The notes beneath the pieces are model-generated. The model was not told the origin of the DNA. It ran no database searches and saw only the letters and a list, made by a program, of their open reading frames with translations. Below are positions 9,294-18,640 of a DNA stretch of 64,000 nt, in pieces. This stretch comes from Clostridia bacterium (lineage in GTDB: Bacteria; Bacillota; Clostridia; UMGS1883; UMGS1540), in the NCBI GenBank assembly GCA_045590195.1, contig JAZNQN010000044.1, positions 19,186-83,185 on the forward strand. Reading direction: 5' to 3'. Within the stretch, counting starts at the first letter, position 1, and each line of letters starts with the position of its first letter. The translations under genes and the position numbers were made by a program.

Positions 9294-10196
9294 ATGACAA
9301 AACCTGTTCTTCGCAGCGTTAACGGGAAAAATCTTGTTTTTGCAGTTTCTGATAGTCTTTGCGTTTCAGAAGATATTCCAACACCTTCTCATACGCTTTG
9401 TACTATGCTAAAAAAATATCACGATAAGCTTGCTGAAGCAAATGTTGAACAGCTTGATGCAGTAATGCGTGATTTTGCAACAGATTTAAACGGAGAAATA
9501 AGCGTTATTGCTTCTGCTTCATCTTATAAAGACTACGCTTCCTCTCTTTCTCTTCTCACTGTAAACGGCGGCGTTGCAACAGTTACAAATGTTGGTAATA
9601 CTTCAGCTTTTTTAATGCGTGATGGTCAGCTTACTGAGCTTGCCTCGCCAAATGTTGCAAAATTGCATAAGGCTATCGTTCCAGGAAACGGAAATATGAT
9701 TGGAAATTTCAGAAGTGGCGAAACTTTAACGCCCGACCTTTCCGATTCATACGAAATTGTAAAAAACGATGTTTTCCTTCTTTGCTCTGATGGGCTTACT
9801 TCAGCACTTAATCAGCAAAGAATTTCATACATACTTTCACTTGATTTATCTGATGAGCGCCTTGCTACAAGGCTTGTAAGCGAAGCCCTCGCCCGCGGTG
9901 CAAACGATGATATAACTGTAATGATTATAAGAAATGGAGCAACACCTTATTCTTCGCCCAAGAAGAGAAAAACTGCTGTATCGCTTTGTTTTGGGGTTAT
10001 TTTACTTGCAGTTTTTGTTGCATTTATAACTTCATCATTCAAATCCTGTTCCAAAAAACCTGAAATTTCAAATGAAGGAGCAACTATCACAGAAACTGCA
10101 TCGCCGAAGCCTGATGAGTTTATGACTTCAGAAAACGATGCTTCTCCCACCCCGGTACCAACAGACGATTTTATTCTGCGAACACCAAAACCATAA
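9294..10196 (+). CDS. PP2C-like Ser/Thr phosphatase-fold protein with a C-terminal transmembrane anchor. Its metal-binding motifs are degenerate, so it may be a pseudophosphatase.
   Basis: The C-terminal PP2C signature is present (FLLCSDGLTS...ARGANDDITVMII). The N-terminal GxxRxxNED and DGxGG motifs are replaced by NGKN and SDSLCVSE. Confidence 0.45.
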   Translation: MTKPVLRSVNGKNLVFAVSDSLCVSEDIPTPSHTLCTMLKKYHDKLAEANVEQLDAVMRDFATDLNGEISVIASASSYKDYASSLSLLTVNGGVATVTNVGNTSAFLMRDGQLTELASPNVAKLHKAIVPGNGNMIGNFRSGETLTPDLSDSYEIVKNDVFLLCSDGLTSALNQQRISYILSLDLSDERLATRLVSEALARGANDDITVMIIRNGATPYSSPKKRKTAVSLCFGVILLAVFVAFITSSFKSCSKKPEISNEGATITETASPKPDEFMTSENDASPTPVPTDDFILRTPKP

Positions 10197-10200
10197 ATTT

Positions 10201-10230
10201 AAAGCTGAGCAAAATTTGCTCAGCTTTTTT
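10201..10230. terminator. Hairpin terminator between the convergent PP2C-like and yunB genes
   Basis: AAAGCTGAGCAAAATTTGCTCAGCTTTTTT. Confidence 0.55.
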
Positions 10231-10918
10231 AATCGCCATCCGGCAAAAGGTTTAAAACTGCGTCCTGAGGGTCGCTTTGCCCTGTAACATTAGTATATGT
10301 TCCCGGTACTCCTCCAACAATTATTGTTTCCGCAATCGGTATCTGGGTTTTAACAGAAGTACTTTTTGAGCTGATTGGAAGAAGCACTGAGATTGTCATA
10401 CTTATTTCAAGATAAATTTCGTGTTTCGTTTGGTTAATACCGGCAGAAGTAAACTCATTTTTAACATCAATTCCGGCGTAACCAACAGGTACCATTTTTA
10501 TTTTAATTTTAGGCCCAAGGCCTGAAAACATACTTTGATTTAAAAGATTTCCAAGCGGTATTTTCGTAGTCATAAGGTCAATATCGCTTACCTTTTTTTC
10601 AACTTCCATAGCAATAGTTGACTTGAGTCTGTTTATCTCAACAACATTCGAAGTAACCGCAGCAACATTGTTTTCTCCATTTTTCTGAAAAGATACAAGG
10701 TCGCTGTATTTAATATCCGAATTTGCCATTATATCGTTTACAACATTTGCAATAACTCTTACTGCAACGCTTTTTGCCCGAGAAGATGCAACTTCGTTTA
10801 TTATTGGCCTCATTCGTACTTCGAAAATTGTAAATGAAATTATTGTACAAATCAGAAAAATGCAGAAAAATATGTAAAGCCATTTTTTCCTACTGCTTCG
10901 CCGATATTTCTTAGCCAC
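10229..10918 (-). CDS. yunB: Sporulation protein YunB-like
   Basis: It has a basic N-terminus, a single transmembrane segment and a conserved region (RMRPIINEVASSRAKSVAVRVI). The size and architecture fit YunB. Confidence 0.5.
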   Translation of the reverse strand: MAKKYRRSSRKKWLYIFFCIFLICTIISFTIFEVRMRPIINEVASSRAKSVAVRVIANVVNDIMANSDIKYSDLVSFQKNGENNVAAVTSNVVEINRLKSTIAMEVEKKVSDIDLMTTKIPLGNLLNQSMFSGLGPKIKIKMVPVGYAGIDVKNEFTSAGINQTKHEIYLEISMTISVLLPISSKSTSVKTQIPIAETIIVGGVPGTYTNVTGQSDPQDAVLNLLPDGD

Positions 10919-11001
10919 AAAGCATCACCATTTTTATTCTATTCAGCAAATTTTCTTTTCGTTACAAAAAACCGCCTGCAGAACAAACTTTCCGCAAACG
11001 G

Positions 11002-11964
11002 TTATTCTTCGTAAAACTCAAGTTTTACTTTGTATTTATTTTCAATATAATCTGCATTGCATCGCTTTTGTCCCAAATACTGGGAAAGTTTACCCTTGGG
11101 AACCTTCATTGAAATTACTTTTTCGCTAGAATTTTTCACAAATTCTTCAATTTCATCGCGTAAAATTCTCGCCCTGACCATTTCGCCCATAGCGCTATGA
11201 TATCCGCCTGCCAGAATTTCATCGCCAAGAGTATCTGTTTCCTGAAGACCTACCCTTATAACGTTAACGCCGCCGCTTTCTAAAATTTTAACAGCCTTTG
11301 CAGAAATTTCAACTGCTTCAGTAATGCTAAGTGGCTTATATTCGCTATATTTATACATTTCGCCAAGCTTTGTGTGTTTCAATACACAAGTTGGATATAC
11401 CCTCGCCTCGTCAGCACCAAGCCTCACAATTTCATTTGCTGTGAAAATAGTTTTTTCTTCTGTATCTCCGGGAAGACCGGGCATCATCTGAAGACCAAGA
11501 ATAAAGCCGTGTTTTTTAATAAGCTTTGCCGCATTTTCGGCATCTTTTGCACTATGGCCTCTGTTTGATAATTTAAGTACATCATCACACATCGACTGGA
11601 CACCAAGTTCAATATTTGTAACACCGTAATTTTTCAGCATTATCAGTATGTCTTCAGTTATATAATCAGGCCTTGTAGAAAGCCTTATGCCATCAACAAT
11701 TCCTCTGTCAACATATTCTTTTGCAACAGAAAGATATTCTTTTTGTTTTTCGGTTTCTATTCCCGTAAAACTTCCACCGAAAAAAGCAATAAGTGCTTTT
11801 CTGTTTTTCAAAAAACTCAGAAATGTATCAATAGTCGATTTAACATTTTCGGCAGTAGGCTCGCTTTTTTCTCCTGTGATTGAGTGCTGATTGCAAAAAA
11901 CGCAGTCATTTTTACAACCAAAATGCGGAATAAAAACCGGAATATTCGAATACTTTTCACTCAT
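11002..11964 (-). CDS. Radical SAM protein of the ELP3/TIGR01212-like family
   Basis: The CxxxCxxC motif (CKNDCVFC) lies near the N-terminus. The start codon overlaps the rnc stop (TGATGA). Confidence 0.7.
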   Translation of the reverse strand: MSEKYSNIPVFIPHFGCKNDCVFCNQHSITGEKSEPTAENVKSTIDTFLSFLKNRKALIAFFGGSFTGIETEKQKEYLSVAKEYVDRGIVDGIRLSTRPDYITEDILIMLKNYGVTNIELGVQSMCDDVLKLSNRGHSAKDAENAAKLIKKHGFILGLQMMPGLPGDTEEKTIFTANEIVRLGADEARVYPTCVLKHTKLGEMYKYSEYKPLSITEAVEISAKAVKILESGGVNVIRVGLQETDTLGDEILAGGYHSAMGEMVRARILRDEIEEFVKNSSEKVISMKVPKGKLSQYLGQKRCNADYIENKYKVKLEFYEE

Positions 11965-12653
11965 CAGTTTATAACCCCAAACTCGGAAAGTGCCTTTTTT
12001 GCGGCAAGCTGTTCAGAATCTTTTTTAGTTCTGCCAACTCCGCGCTTAAACTCCTTGTTGTCAATTAAAAGAGAAGTTGTAAAAACCTTATTGTGGTCAG
12101 GCCCTTCTTCCAAAATGAGCTTATATGTTATTTTGCCGCCGTTTCTGCCCTGAATATATTCCTGAAGCGCAGTTTTATAATCAGAAATGTGCTTTCCGCC
12201 AAGAGCCTCTGCAATCTGCGGCTTTAATCTTTCAAGAACAAACTCCTCGGCACACTCAAATCCGCCATCAAGATACAAAGCGGCAATCAAAGCCTCCAGA
12301 GCGTCGGCCAAAATTGAAGGACGTTCTCTTCCGCCTGTCATTTCTTCGCCTTTGCCAAGATATATATATTCGCCAAGGTTTATTTCCTGAGCACATTCAG
12401 CAAGTGAGCGCTCGCAAACAATATTTGCTCTTGTTTTCGACATTTCGCCCTCTGCCAGAGTATTCAGAGAAAAAAGATATTTACTTATAACAAGGCTTAA
12501 AACCGAGTCGCCAAGAAATTCCATTCTCTCGTTATAAGGCGATTTTCCATGCATTTCATTTGCATACGAAGAATGAGTGAGCGCAGTTTTAAGAAGCGAC
12601 ATATTTTTAAATTCGTGATTTGTAATTTGCAAAAATATTTTCTTTAAATCCAC
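11964..12653 (-). CDS. rnc: Ribonuclease III
   Basis: The RNase III signature ERMEFLGDS and a C-terminal dsRBD are present. Confidence 0.9.
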   Translation of the reverse strand: MDLKKIFLQITNHEFKNMSLLKTALTHSSYANEMHGKSPYNERMEFLGDSVLSLVISKYLFSLNTLAEGEMSKTRANIVCERSLAECAQEINLGEYIYLGKGEEMTGGRERPSILADALEALIAALYLDGGFECAEEFVLERLKPQIAEALGGKHISDYKTALQEYIQGRNGGKITYKLILEEGPDHNKVFTTSLLIDNKEFKRGVGRTKKDSEQLAAKKALSEFGVIN

Positions 12654-12715
12654 ATTGCAAACCTTCCTTCTGAAAAATCAAAAATAAATCCACACCTTGC
12701 AGTGTGGATTTAAAA

Positions 12716-12946
12716 TTATTCGGCAATTGAACCGATATAGTCTACAACATCTGCTACTGTTGAAATTTTTTCAGCAGCGTCATCGGGAATTTCAATTGAG
12801 AATTCTTCTTCAAAAGCCATAACAAGCTCTACAATATCAAGTGAATCCGCACCGAGTGTATCTACGAATGAAGCATCCATAGTAACTTTGTCTTCGGAAA
12901 CTCCAAGCTGGTCAACGATAATTGCTTTAACTTTATCAAATACCAC
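12716..12946 (-). CDS. acpP: Acyl carrier protein
   Basis: The phosphopantetheine attachment motif LGADSLD is present. The start was moved to the GTG at 12946, which has an AGGAGG RBS 8 nt upstream. The ORF-track start at 12955 has no spacer to the RBS. Confidence 0.85.
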   Translation of the reverse strand: MVFDKVKAIIVDQLGVSEDKVTMDASFVDTLGADSLDIVELVMAFEEEFSIEIPDDAAEKISTVADVVDYIGSIAE

Positions 12947-13970
12947 TATCTGCACCTCCTTCTTCTACAGCCGAGTATTTTGCCATTTCTTCCTGAAGCT
13001 TTAATATAAAGTCGCTTTTTGCAAAAGCATCTGCCTGCTTTATTGTATGCATTATAGTTTTTGCATCACTTGTTCCGTGAGCTTTAATAACGCATTTTGT
13101 AACTCCAAGGAAAGGCGCACCGCCATATTCTTTGTAATCCATTTTTTTCTTAAGTTTATAAATACCTTTTTTAAGCATCAAAGCTGCAAGTTTTGAAACA
13201 ATACCGCTTAAAAAAAGTTCTTTAACATTTTTGAAAAGCACAAGACCAGTGCCTTCAGTTGCCTTGAGAAGAATGTTTCCTGAAAAACCATCGCACACAA
13301 CTACATCGCACGCGCCCATCACAGGATCTCTTCCCTCAACATTGCCAACAAAATTAAGGCCGCTGTTTTGTAAAAGTTCATAAGCTTCTTTAACAAGCTC
13401 GTTACCCTTACCGGCTTCAGCACCAATATTTAAAAGGCCGATTTCAGGGTTTTCTTTTCCTAAAACCCTTTGTGCATAAATTGAGCCCATAATTGCAAAT
13501 TCAAGCAGGTTTTTGGGTTTACAGTTTGTGTTTGCACCTGTATCAACAATAATAAAATTATCTTTATCGCTTGGAAGAGTTGGCACAAGAGCAGGCCTTG
13601 AAACGCCCTCAATTCTTTTAAGAAAGTGAATAGCACCGGTTAAAAGAGCACCTGTGCTTCCGGCAGAAACTAAAGCATCTGCCTTCCCCTCTGCAAGCAG
13701 ATTAAAAGCACGAACCATGGAAGAATCTTTTTTAGTTCTGATGGCCGAGGTGGGTTTATCATCGTTTGTAATTACCTCGGTTGCATTTATAATTTCAATT
13801 TTTTCTTTGTCATATTTTTCGTTTGCAAGGATATCGGAAATAGTTTTTTCTTCGCCTACAACTAAAATTTTACCGTCAATAACCAAAGAAGCCATAGCAG
13901 CTCCACGAACTATTTCCTTTGGGGCATTGTCGCCGCCCATTGCGTCAATCGCAATAACCATAACAATCAC
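12936..13970 (-). CDS. plsX: Phosphate acyltransferase PlsX
   Basis: [12 protein letters not shown] at the N-terminus and full-length similarity to the PlsX family. Confidence 0.9.
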   Translation of the reverse strand: MIVMVIAIDAMGGDNAPKEIVRGAAMASLVIDGKILVVGEEKTISDILANEKYDKEKIEIINATEVITNDDKPTSAIRTKKDSSMVRAFNLLAEGKADALVSAGSTGALLTGAIHFLKRIEGVSRPALVPTLPSDKDNFIIVDTGANTNCKPKNLLEFAIMGSIYAQRVLGKENPEIGLLNIGAEAGKGNELVKEAYELLQNSGLNFVGNVEGRDPVMGACDVVVCDGFSGNILLKATEGTGLVLFKNVKELFLSGIVSKLAALMLKKGIYKLKKKMDYKEYGGAPFLGVTKCVIKAHGTSDAKTIMHTIKQADAFAKSDFILKLQEEMAKYSAVEEGGADSGI

Positions 13971-14138
13971 CTCACTACATACTATTTAGGTATTATACCT
14001 TAAATACGCCAATTTTGCAAGAGAATTTTACAAAAAAATTAAAATCCGGTAACAAAAAAAGTTTTTTACCTATTTATATAACGATTTTTGTTGATTAAAT
14101 TTTCTTTTTCTGTTATACTGTATTATGAGGTGTTTTTT

Positions 14139-17100
14139 GTGTATTTAAAAAAACTAGAAATGCAGGGGTTTAAATCTTTTGTTGATAAAATCTCGCTTGA
14201 TTTCGGTAACGGAATAACCGCCATTGTTGGCCCGAACGGCAGCGGAAAAAGTAATATTTCCGATGCTATACGCTGGGTTTTAGGCGAGCAGAGCATTAAA
14301 ACTTTGCGCGGAAGCAAAATGGAAGATGTTATTTTTGCCGGAACCGAAAAAAGAAAGCCTACCGGCTTTGCCGAGGTTTCGTTAACACTTGATAACTCTG
14401 AAAGAATTTTTGATATTGACTATAATGAAATAACTGTTACACGAAGAGTTTACAGAAGCGGTGAAAGCGAATACTTTATAAACCGTGCAATTTGTCGCCT
14501 TCGTGATATTGCCGAACTTTTTATGGATACAGGCCTTGGTAAAGACGGGTATTCCATAATAGGCCAGGGTAAAATTGATGCGATAGTATCAGGAAAGCCT
14601 GAAGAACGCCGCAAAATTTTTGAAGAAGCGGCAGGTGTTTCAAAATTTAAATACAAAAAAATTCAGGCTGAGCATAAACTCGCCCAGACAGAGGACAACC
14701 TTGAAAGAGTACTTGATATTGCAGGCGAGCTTGAAAGCAGGCTCTCCCCTCTTAAAAAACAATCAGAAAAAGCTACGCGGTATCTTGAACTTCGTGACAA
14801 ACTTACTCAGCTTGACATAAATCTTTATGTTGAAAAAATTACACACCTCACAAAATCACTTGAACAGCAGAGAGAAAAACTTTCTTTCCACATAAAAGAA
14901 CTTGAAACTGAAAATGCGCTTTATGAGCAGTTTCAGGAAAAAGAGGCACAGTTTTATTCAGAAACCGCTGAAGTTGAGCTTAACTTATCAAACCTTCGCG
15001 AAGCGTTACATAAAACCCAGATTTCTCAAACAGAGCTTGCAGGCGAAATATCTCTTATTAAAAATAATATTAGTGATTTTGGCCGCAGAATTTCTGAAAC
15101 TGAAACTGAAATCAATATGATACTTGGCGACTTTTCCGGCGAAGATGCCAAAAAGGCAGAAATTGCCGCAGATATTGAAAAATATACTGCCGAAAAAAAT
15201 CGTCTGTTATCGGAGATTGACGGCATAAGCGAAAAAATTTCTGACATTTCTGCTGAAGTTGACCAGGTTAATTCTTCTCTTCAGCTTAAAATGCAGGAGG
15301 AAAACAACAAACAGCGTGAAATCGACTTGCTTCAGGGCAAAATTGCAACAATTGATGCACTTGATCAGAATTTCGATGAAAGGCTTGAAAAACTTACTCA
15401 GGCTGCAAACGATGCAAAGGCAAGCCATAATAGCGCAAAAGAAAAATATGATGAGTACGAAAAAGAAATAAATGATAAAAAAGCTCATCAGGCTAAGCTT
15501 TTGGAAACATCGAAAAAACTTGAAAGCGATGCCGAAGCCAAAAAAACTGAAATTTCACAGCTTAAAAATGAGTATAACGACTTAAATGACGAATATAATA
15601 AAAAGATGTCACGCCTGAATATTCTTACAGATATGGAAAAAAATCTTGACGGATTTGCACACGGCGTAAAAGCACTTTTAAAAAGTGATGTTTCAAAGGA
15701 ATATAATATTCACGGCATCTATTCAAAGCTTATTAAAACCGACGAAAAATATTTTACCGCAGTTGAAGTTGCCCTTGGAAATGCAATGCAAAACATAGTT
15801 GTTTCAACTGACAGCGATGCAAAAGCGGCAATAAGATACTTAAAAGGCGGAAATCATGGCCGTGTAACATTTTTGCCGGTATCATCTGTTAAAGGCAAAC
15901 GCGGAACATTTGAAGGCGAAATAAAATCGTGCCCGGGTTACCTTGGCCTTGTTTGCGACAAAATTGAATGTAGCGAGCAGTATCGCGAAATTACAGAGAG
16001 CTTATTAGGCCAAACTGCGCTTTTTGACAATATAGACAACGCCTTAAAAGCCGCAAAGCAATTTAACTATAAAATAAAAATTGTTACACTTGGCGGCGAG
16101 GCACTTCATCCCGGCGGTTCAATTTCCGGCGGAAGTGCACCAAAAAATTCAGGGCTTTTGGGCAGAGAAAGCGAAATTGCAAAGCTTACTGAAGTTTGCC
16201 GCAACCTCGAAAAGAAAATGGATAAAGCAGATGACAAAATTGCCGATTTCACCGATGAAATCCGCTCACTTTTAAAAGAACACGAGGTTTGCAGCGAAAA
16301 TCTTCGCAAAACAGGCGAAGAGATATTAAAGCTTATTGGTACACGCGAAATTCAATCGCACATTTTATCAAGAGAAGAATCGGAAATGGAAAAACTTTCC
16401 TCCGAACTTTCCCTTATTAAAAGAGCTGGCGAAAACAGCGCATCTGAAAAGAAACAGCTTCAATTACAAATTGATGCTGAAAACTTAAACAGGGAAAGAA
16501 TTAAAGCCGACGCAGAGCTTTTGCGTCAGCAAATAAGCGACCTTATCAAAAAACGTGAGAGCCTTAACTCAAAAACAGTTGAAATTCGTGTTAAAATTTC
16601 AACTCAGAATTCGCAAATCGAAATGTGTAATATGAAATCCGAAAACATTTCTGCCGAGCATCAGCGCCAGGAACAGCGAATTAAGCTTTTAAAATTCAGC
16701 ATTGAAGAAATGGAAAAGCGAATTTCCCAGCTTCAGGCTGAAATTAAAGTTAAAGAGCAAAATGTTGAAGAAAACAAGGCTTTAGCCGATAAATACGAAG
16801 GCGAAATTACAAGCATTATTTCTTCCAAGGCTGACAGTGACAAGGAAATTTCTGCTTTAAAGGAAAACATTCGGGTTCAGAACGAGAAATTAAACAATCT
16901 TAAAATTGCTTATGCAAGAATGGAAGATGGCATTTCTCACTCTGAGCAAAGCCTTGATGATGCAATTGGAAAGCTTTGGAGCGAATACGACATCAGCTTT
17001 TCTGAAGCGCAAAACCGTGCTACTGAAATTGACAATATTGAAGAAGCCAGGAAAACTGCAGGCACATTAAAAGCACAAATCCGTGCACTTGGTAATATAA

Positions 17101-17699
17101 ATGTTGAGGCAATTGAAGAGTACAAAGAAGTTTCAGAAAGATACGAGTTTTTGTCGAAACAAATTGAAGATTTAACAACTTCAAAAAATGAGCTCACTTC
17201 TCTTATCAGTGATACCGTTAAGAGTATGAACACAAGATTTATTACTGAATTTGAAAACATAAATCAGCATTTTGCAAATATTTTCCGAGAGCTTTTTGGT
17301 GGCGGTACTGCTGCACTCAGCCTTACCGACCCTACTAATATTGCCGAAACAGGAATTGAAATCAGCGTAAGGCCTCCGGGCAAAAAGCTTCAACGCCTAA
17401 GCCTTTTATCAGGCGGAGAAATGGCGCTTACTGCCATAGCAATTTTATTTGCAATTTTGAAAGTGCGCCCTACCCCATTTTGTATTCTTGACGAAATCGA
17501 GGCAGCACTTGACGACAACAACATTCAAAGATTTTGTAACTACATTAAAAACTTTTCAAACACTACTCAGTTTATCGTTGTAACTCATCGACGCGGAACA
17601 ATGGAAGCGGCTGATATTTTATATGGTGTTACAATGCAGGAGAAAGGCATTTCAAAACTTCTTTCGATGCGTCCCGATGAAGTAGAGGTTGAAAACTAA
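14139..17699 (+). CDS. smc: Chromosome condensation/segregation protein SMC
   Basis: It has Walker A (GPNGSGKSN), long coiled coils, a hinge, the signature LSGGE and Walker B (ILDEIEAALD). The start was moved to the GTG at 14139 (VYLKKLEMQGFKSF), which has a GAGG RBS. Confidence 0.9.
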   Translation: MYLKKLEMQGFKSFVDKISLDFGNGITAIVGPNGSGKSNISDAIRWVLGEQSIKTLRGSKMEDVIFAGTEKRKPTGFAEVSLTLDNSERIFDIDYNEITVTRRVYRSGESEYFINRAICRLRDIAELFMDTGLGKDGYSIIGQGKIDAIVSGKPEERRKIFEEAAGVSKFKYKKIQAEHKLAQTEDNLERVLDIAGELESRLSPLKKQSEKATRYLELRDKLTQLDINLYVEKITHLTKSLEQQREKLSFHIKELETENALYEQFQEKEAQFYSETAEVELNLSNLREALHKTQISQTELAGEISLIKNNISDFGRRISETETEINMILGDFSGEDAKKAEIAADIEKYTAEKNRLLSEIDGISEKISDISAEVDQVNSSLQLKMQEENNKQREIDLLQGKIATIDALDQNFDERLEKLTQAANDAKASHNSAKEKYDEYEKEINDKKAHQAKLLETSKKLESDAEAKKTEISQLKNEYNDLNDEYNKKMSRLNILTDMEKNLDGFAHGVKALLKSDVSKEYNIHGIYSKLIKTDEKYFTAVEVALGNAMQNIVVSTDSDAKAAIRYLKGGNHGRVTFLPVSSVKGKRGTFEGEIKSCPGYLGLVCDKIECSEQYREITESLLGQTALFDNIDNALKAAKQFNYKIKIVTLGGEALHPGGSISGGSAPKNSGLLGRESEIAKLTEVCRNLEKKMDKADDKIADFTDEIRSLLKEHEVCSENLRKTGEEILKLIGTREIQSHILSREESEMEKLSSELSLIKRAGENSASEKKQLQLQIDAENLNRERIKADAELLRQQISDLIKKRESLNSKTVEIRVKISTQNSQIEMCNMKSENISAEHQRQEQRIKLLKFSIEEMEKRISQLQAEIKVKEQNVEENKALADKYEGEITSIISSKADSDKEISALKENIRVQNEKLNNLKIAYARMEDGISHSEQSLDDAIGKLWSEYDISFSEAQNRATEIDNIEEARKTAGTLKAQIRALGNINVEAIEEYKEVSERYEFLSKQIEDLTTSKNELTSLISDTVKSMNTRFITEFENINQHFANIFRELFGGGTAALSLTDPTNIAETGIEISVRPPGKKLQRLSLLSGGEMALTAIAILFAILKVRPTPFCILDEIEAALDDNNIQRFCNYIKNFSNTTQFIVVTHRRGTMEAADILYGVTMQEKGISKLLSMRPDEVEVEN

Positions 17700-17716
17700 G
17701 CCGAAAGGAAAAAATT

Positions 17717-18637
17717 ATGGAAGAAAAAAAGGGATTATTTCAACGCCTTAAAGCCGGGCTTACTAAAACCCGTGAAGCAATTTCAGAAAGCGTTGAAAAT
17801 GTATTTAAAGCTTTTGTAAAAGTTGATGAAGATTTATTTGAAGAGCTTTTGGAGGCACTTATAGAAGCCGACCTTGGCGCAACACTGGCTATGGACATTA
17901 CCGACGAACTTCGTGACAAAGTTAAATCCGAACGAATTACTGACGGCAATGAGGTGAGAAATGCGCTTTACGAAATTATTGCAGAAAAACTTGCAACCGA
18001 TACACCTTCGCTTGATTTATCGGGAAAGCCTGCAGTTATTTTTGTTATTGGCGTTAATGGCGTTGGTAAAACCACTACAATCGGTAAAATAGCATCAAAA
18101 CTTAAAGCTGAAGGCAAAACAGTTTTATTGGCTGCGGCCGATACATTTCGTGCAGCCGCTATAAATCAGCTTGATATTTGGGCACAACGTGCAGGTGTTG
18201 ATATTATTAAAGGTGCAGAAGGGGCCGACCCTTCCTCTGTTATATTTGATGCATGCACAGCTGCAAAAAAACGCGGTGCAGATGTTCTCATATGTGACAC
18301 TGCCGGAAGGCTTCACAACAAGAAAAACCTTATGGATGAGCTTTCAAAAATGTATCGTGTAATTGGCAGAGAACTTCCCGAAAGCTCAAAAGAAACTTTG
18401 CTTGTACTTGATGCCTCTACCGGACAAAATGCTTTGGTTCAGGCTCAGATGTTTGCAGAAACCTCTGAAATTACAGGAATTATTCTTACAAAACTTGATG
18501 GAACTGCCAAAGGCGGTATCGTGATTTCAATAGTTTCAAGCCTTGATATTCCCGTGAAATTCATTGGTGTTGGCGAAGAAGCTGACGACCTTCAACCGTT
18601 TAATCCAAGCGATTTTGCAAAGGCACTTTTCGAATAG
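17717..18637 (+). CDS. ftsY: Signal recognition particle receptor FtsY
   Basis: The SRP54-type GTPase motifs GVNGVGKTTT, DTAGR and TKLDG are present. Confidence 0.9.
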   Translation: MEEKKGLFQRLKAGLTKTREAISESVENVFKAFVKVDEDLFEELLEALIEADLGATLAMDITDELRDKVKSERITDGNEVRNALYEIIAEKLATDTPSLDLSGKPAVIFVIGVNGVGKTTTIGKIASKLKAEGKTVLLAAADTFRAAAINQLDIWAQRAGVDIIKGAEGADPSSVIFDACTAAKKRGADVLICDTAGRLHNKKNLMDELSKMYRVIGRELPESSKETLLVLDASTGQNALVQAQMFAETSEITGIILTKLDGTAKGGIVISIVSSLDIPVKFIGVGEEADDLQPFNPSDFAKALFE

Positions 18638-18640
18638 GAG

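Noticed and set aside
14088-14138. ATG at 14088 as the SMC start, adding 17 hydrophobic residues
   Set aside because: The N-terminal extension is poorly protein-like. The conserved SMC N-terminus begins at VYLKKLEMQGF. The GTG at 14139 has an RBS (GAGG) at the right distance.
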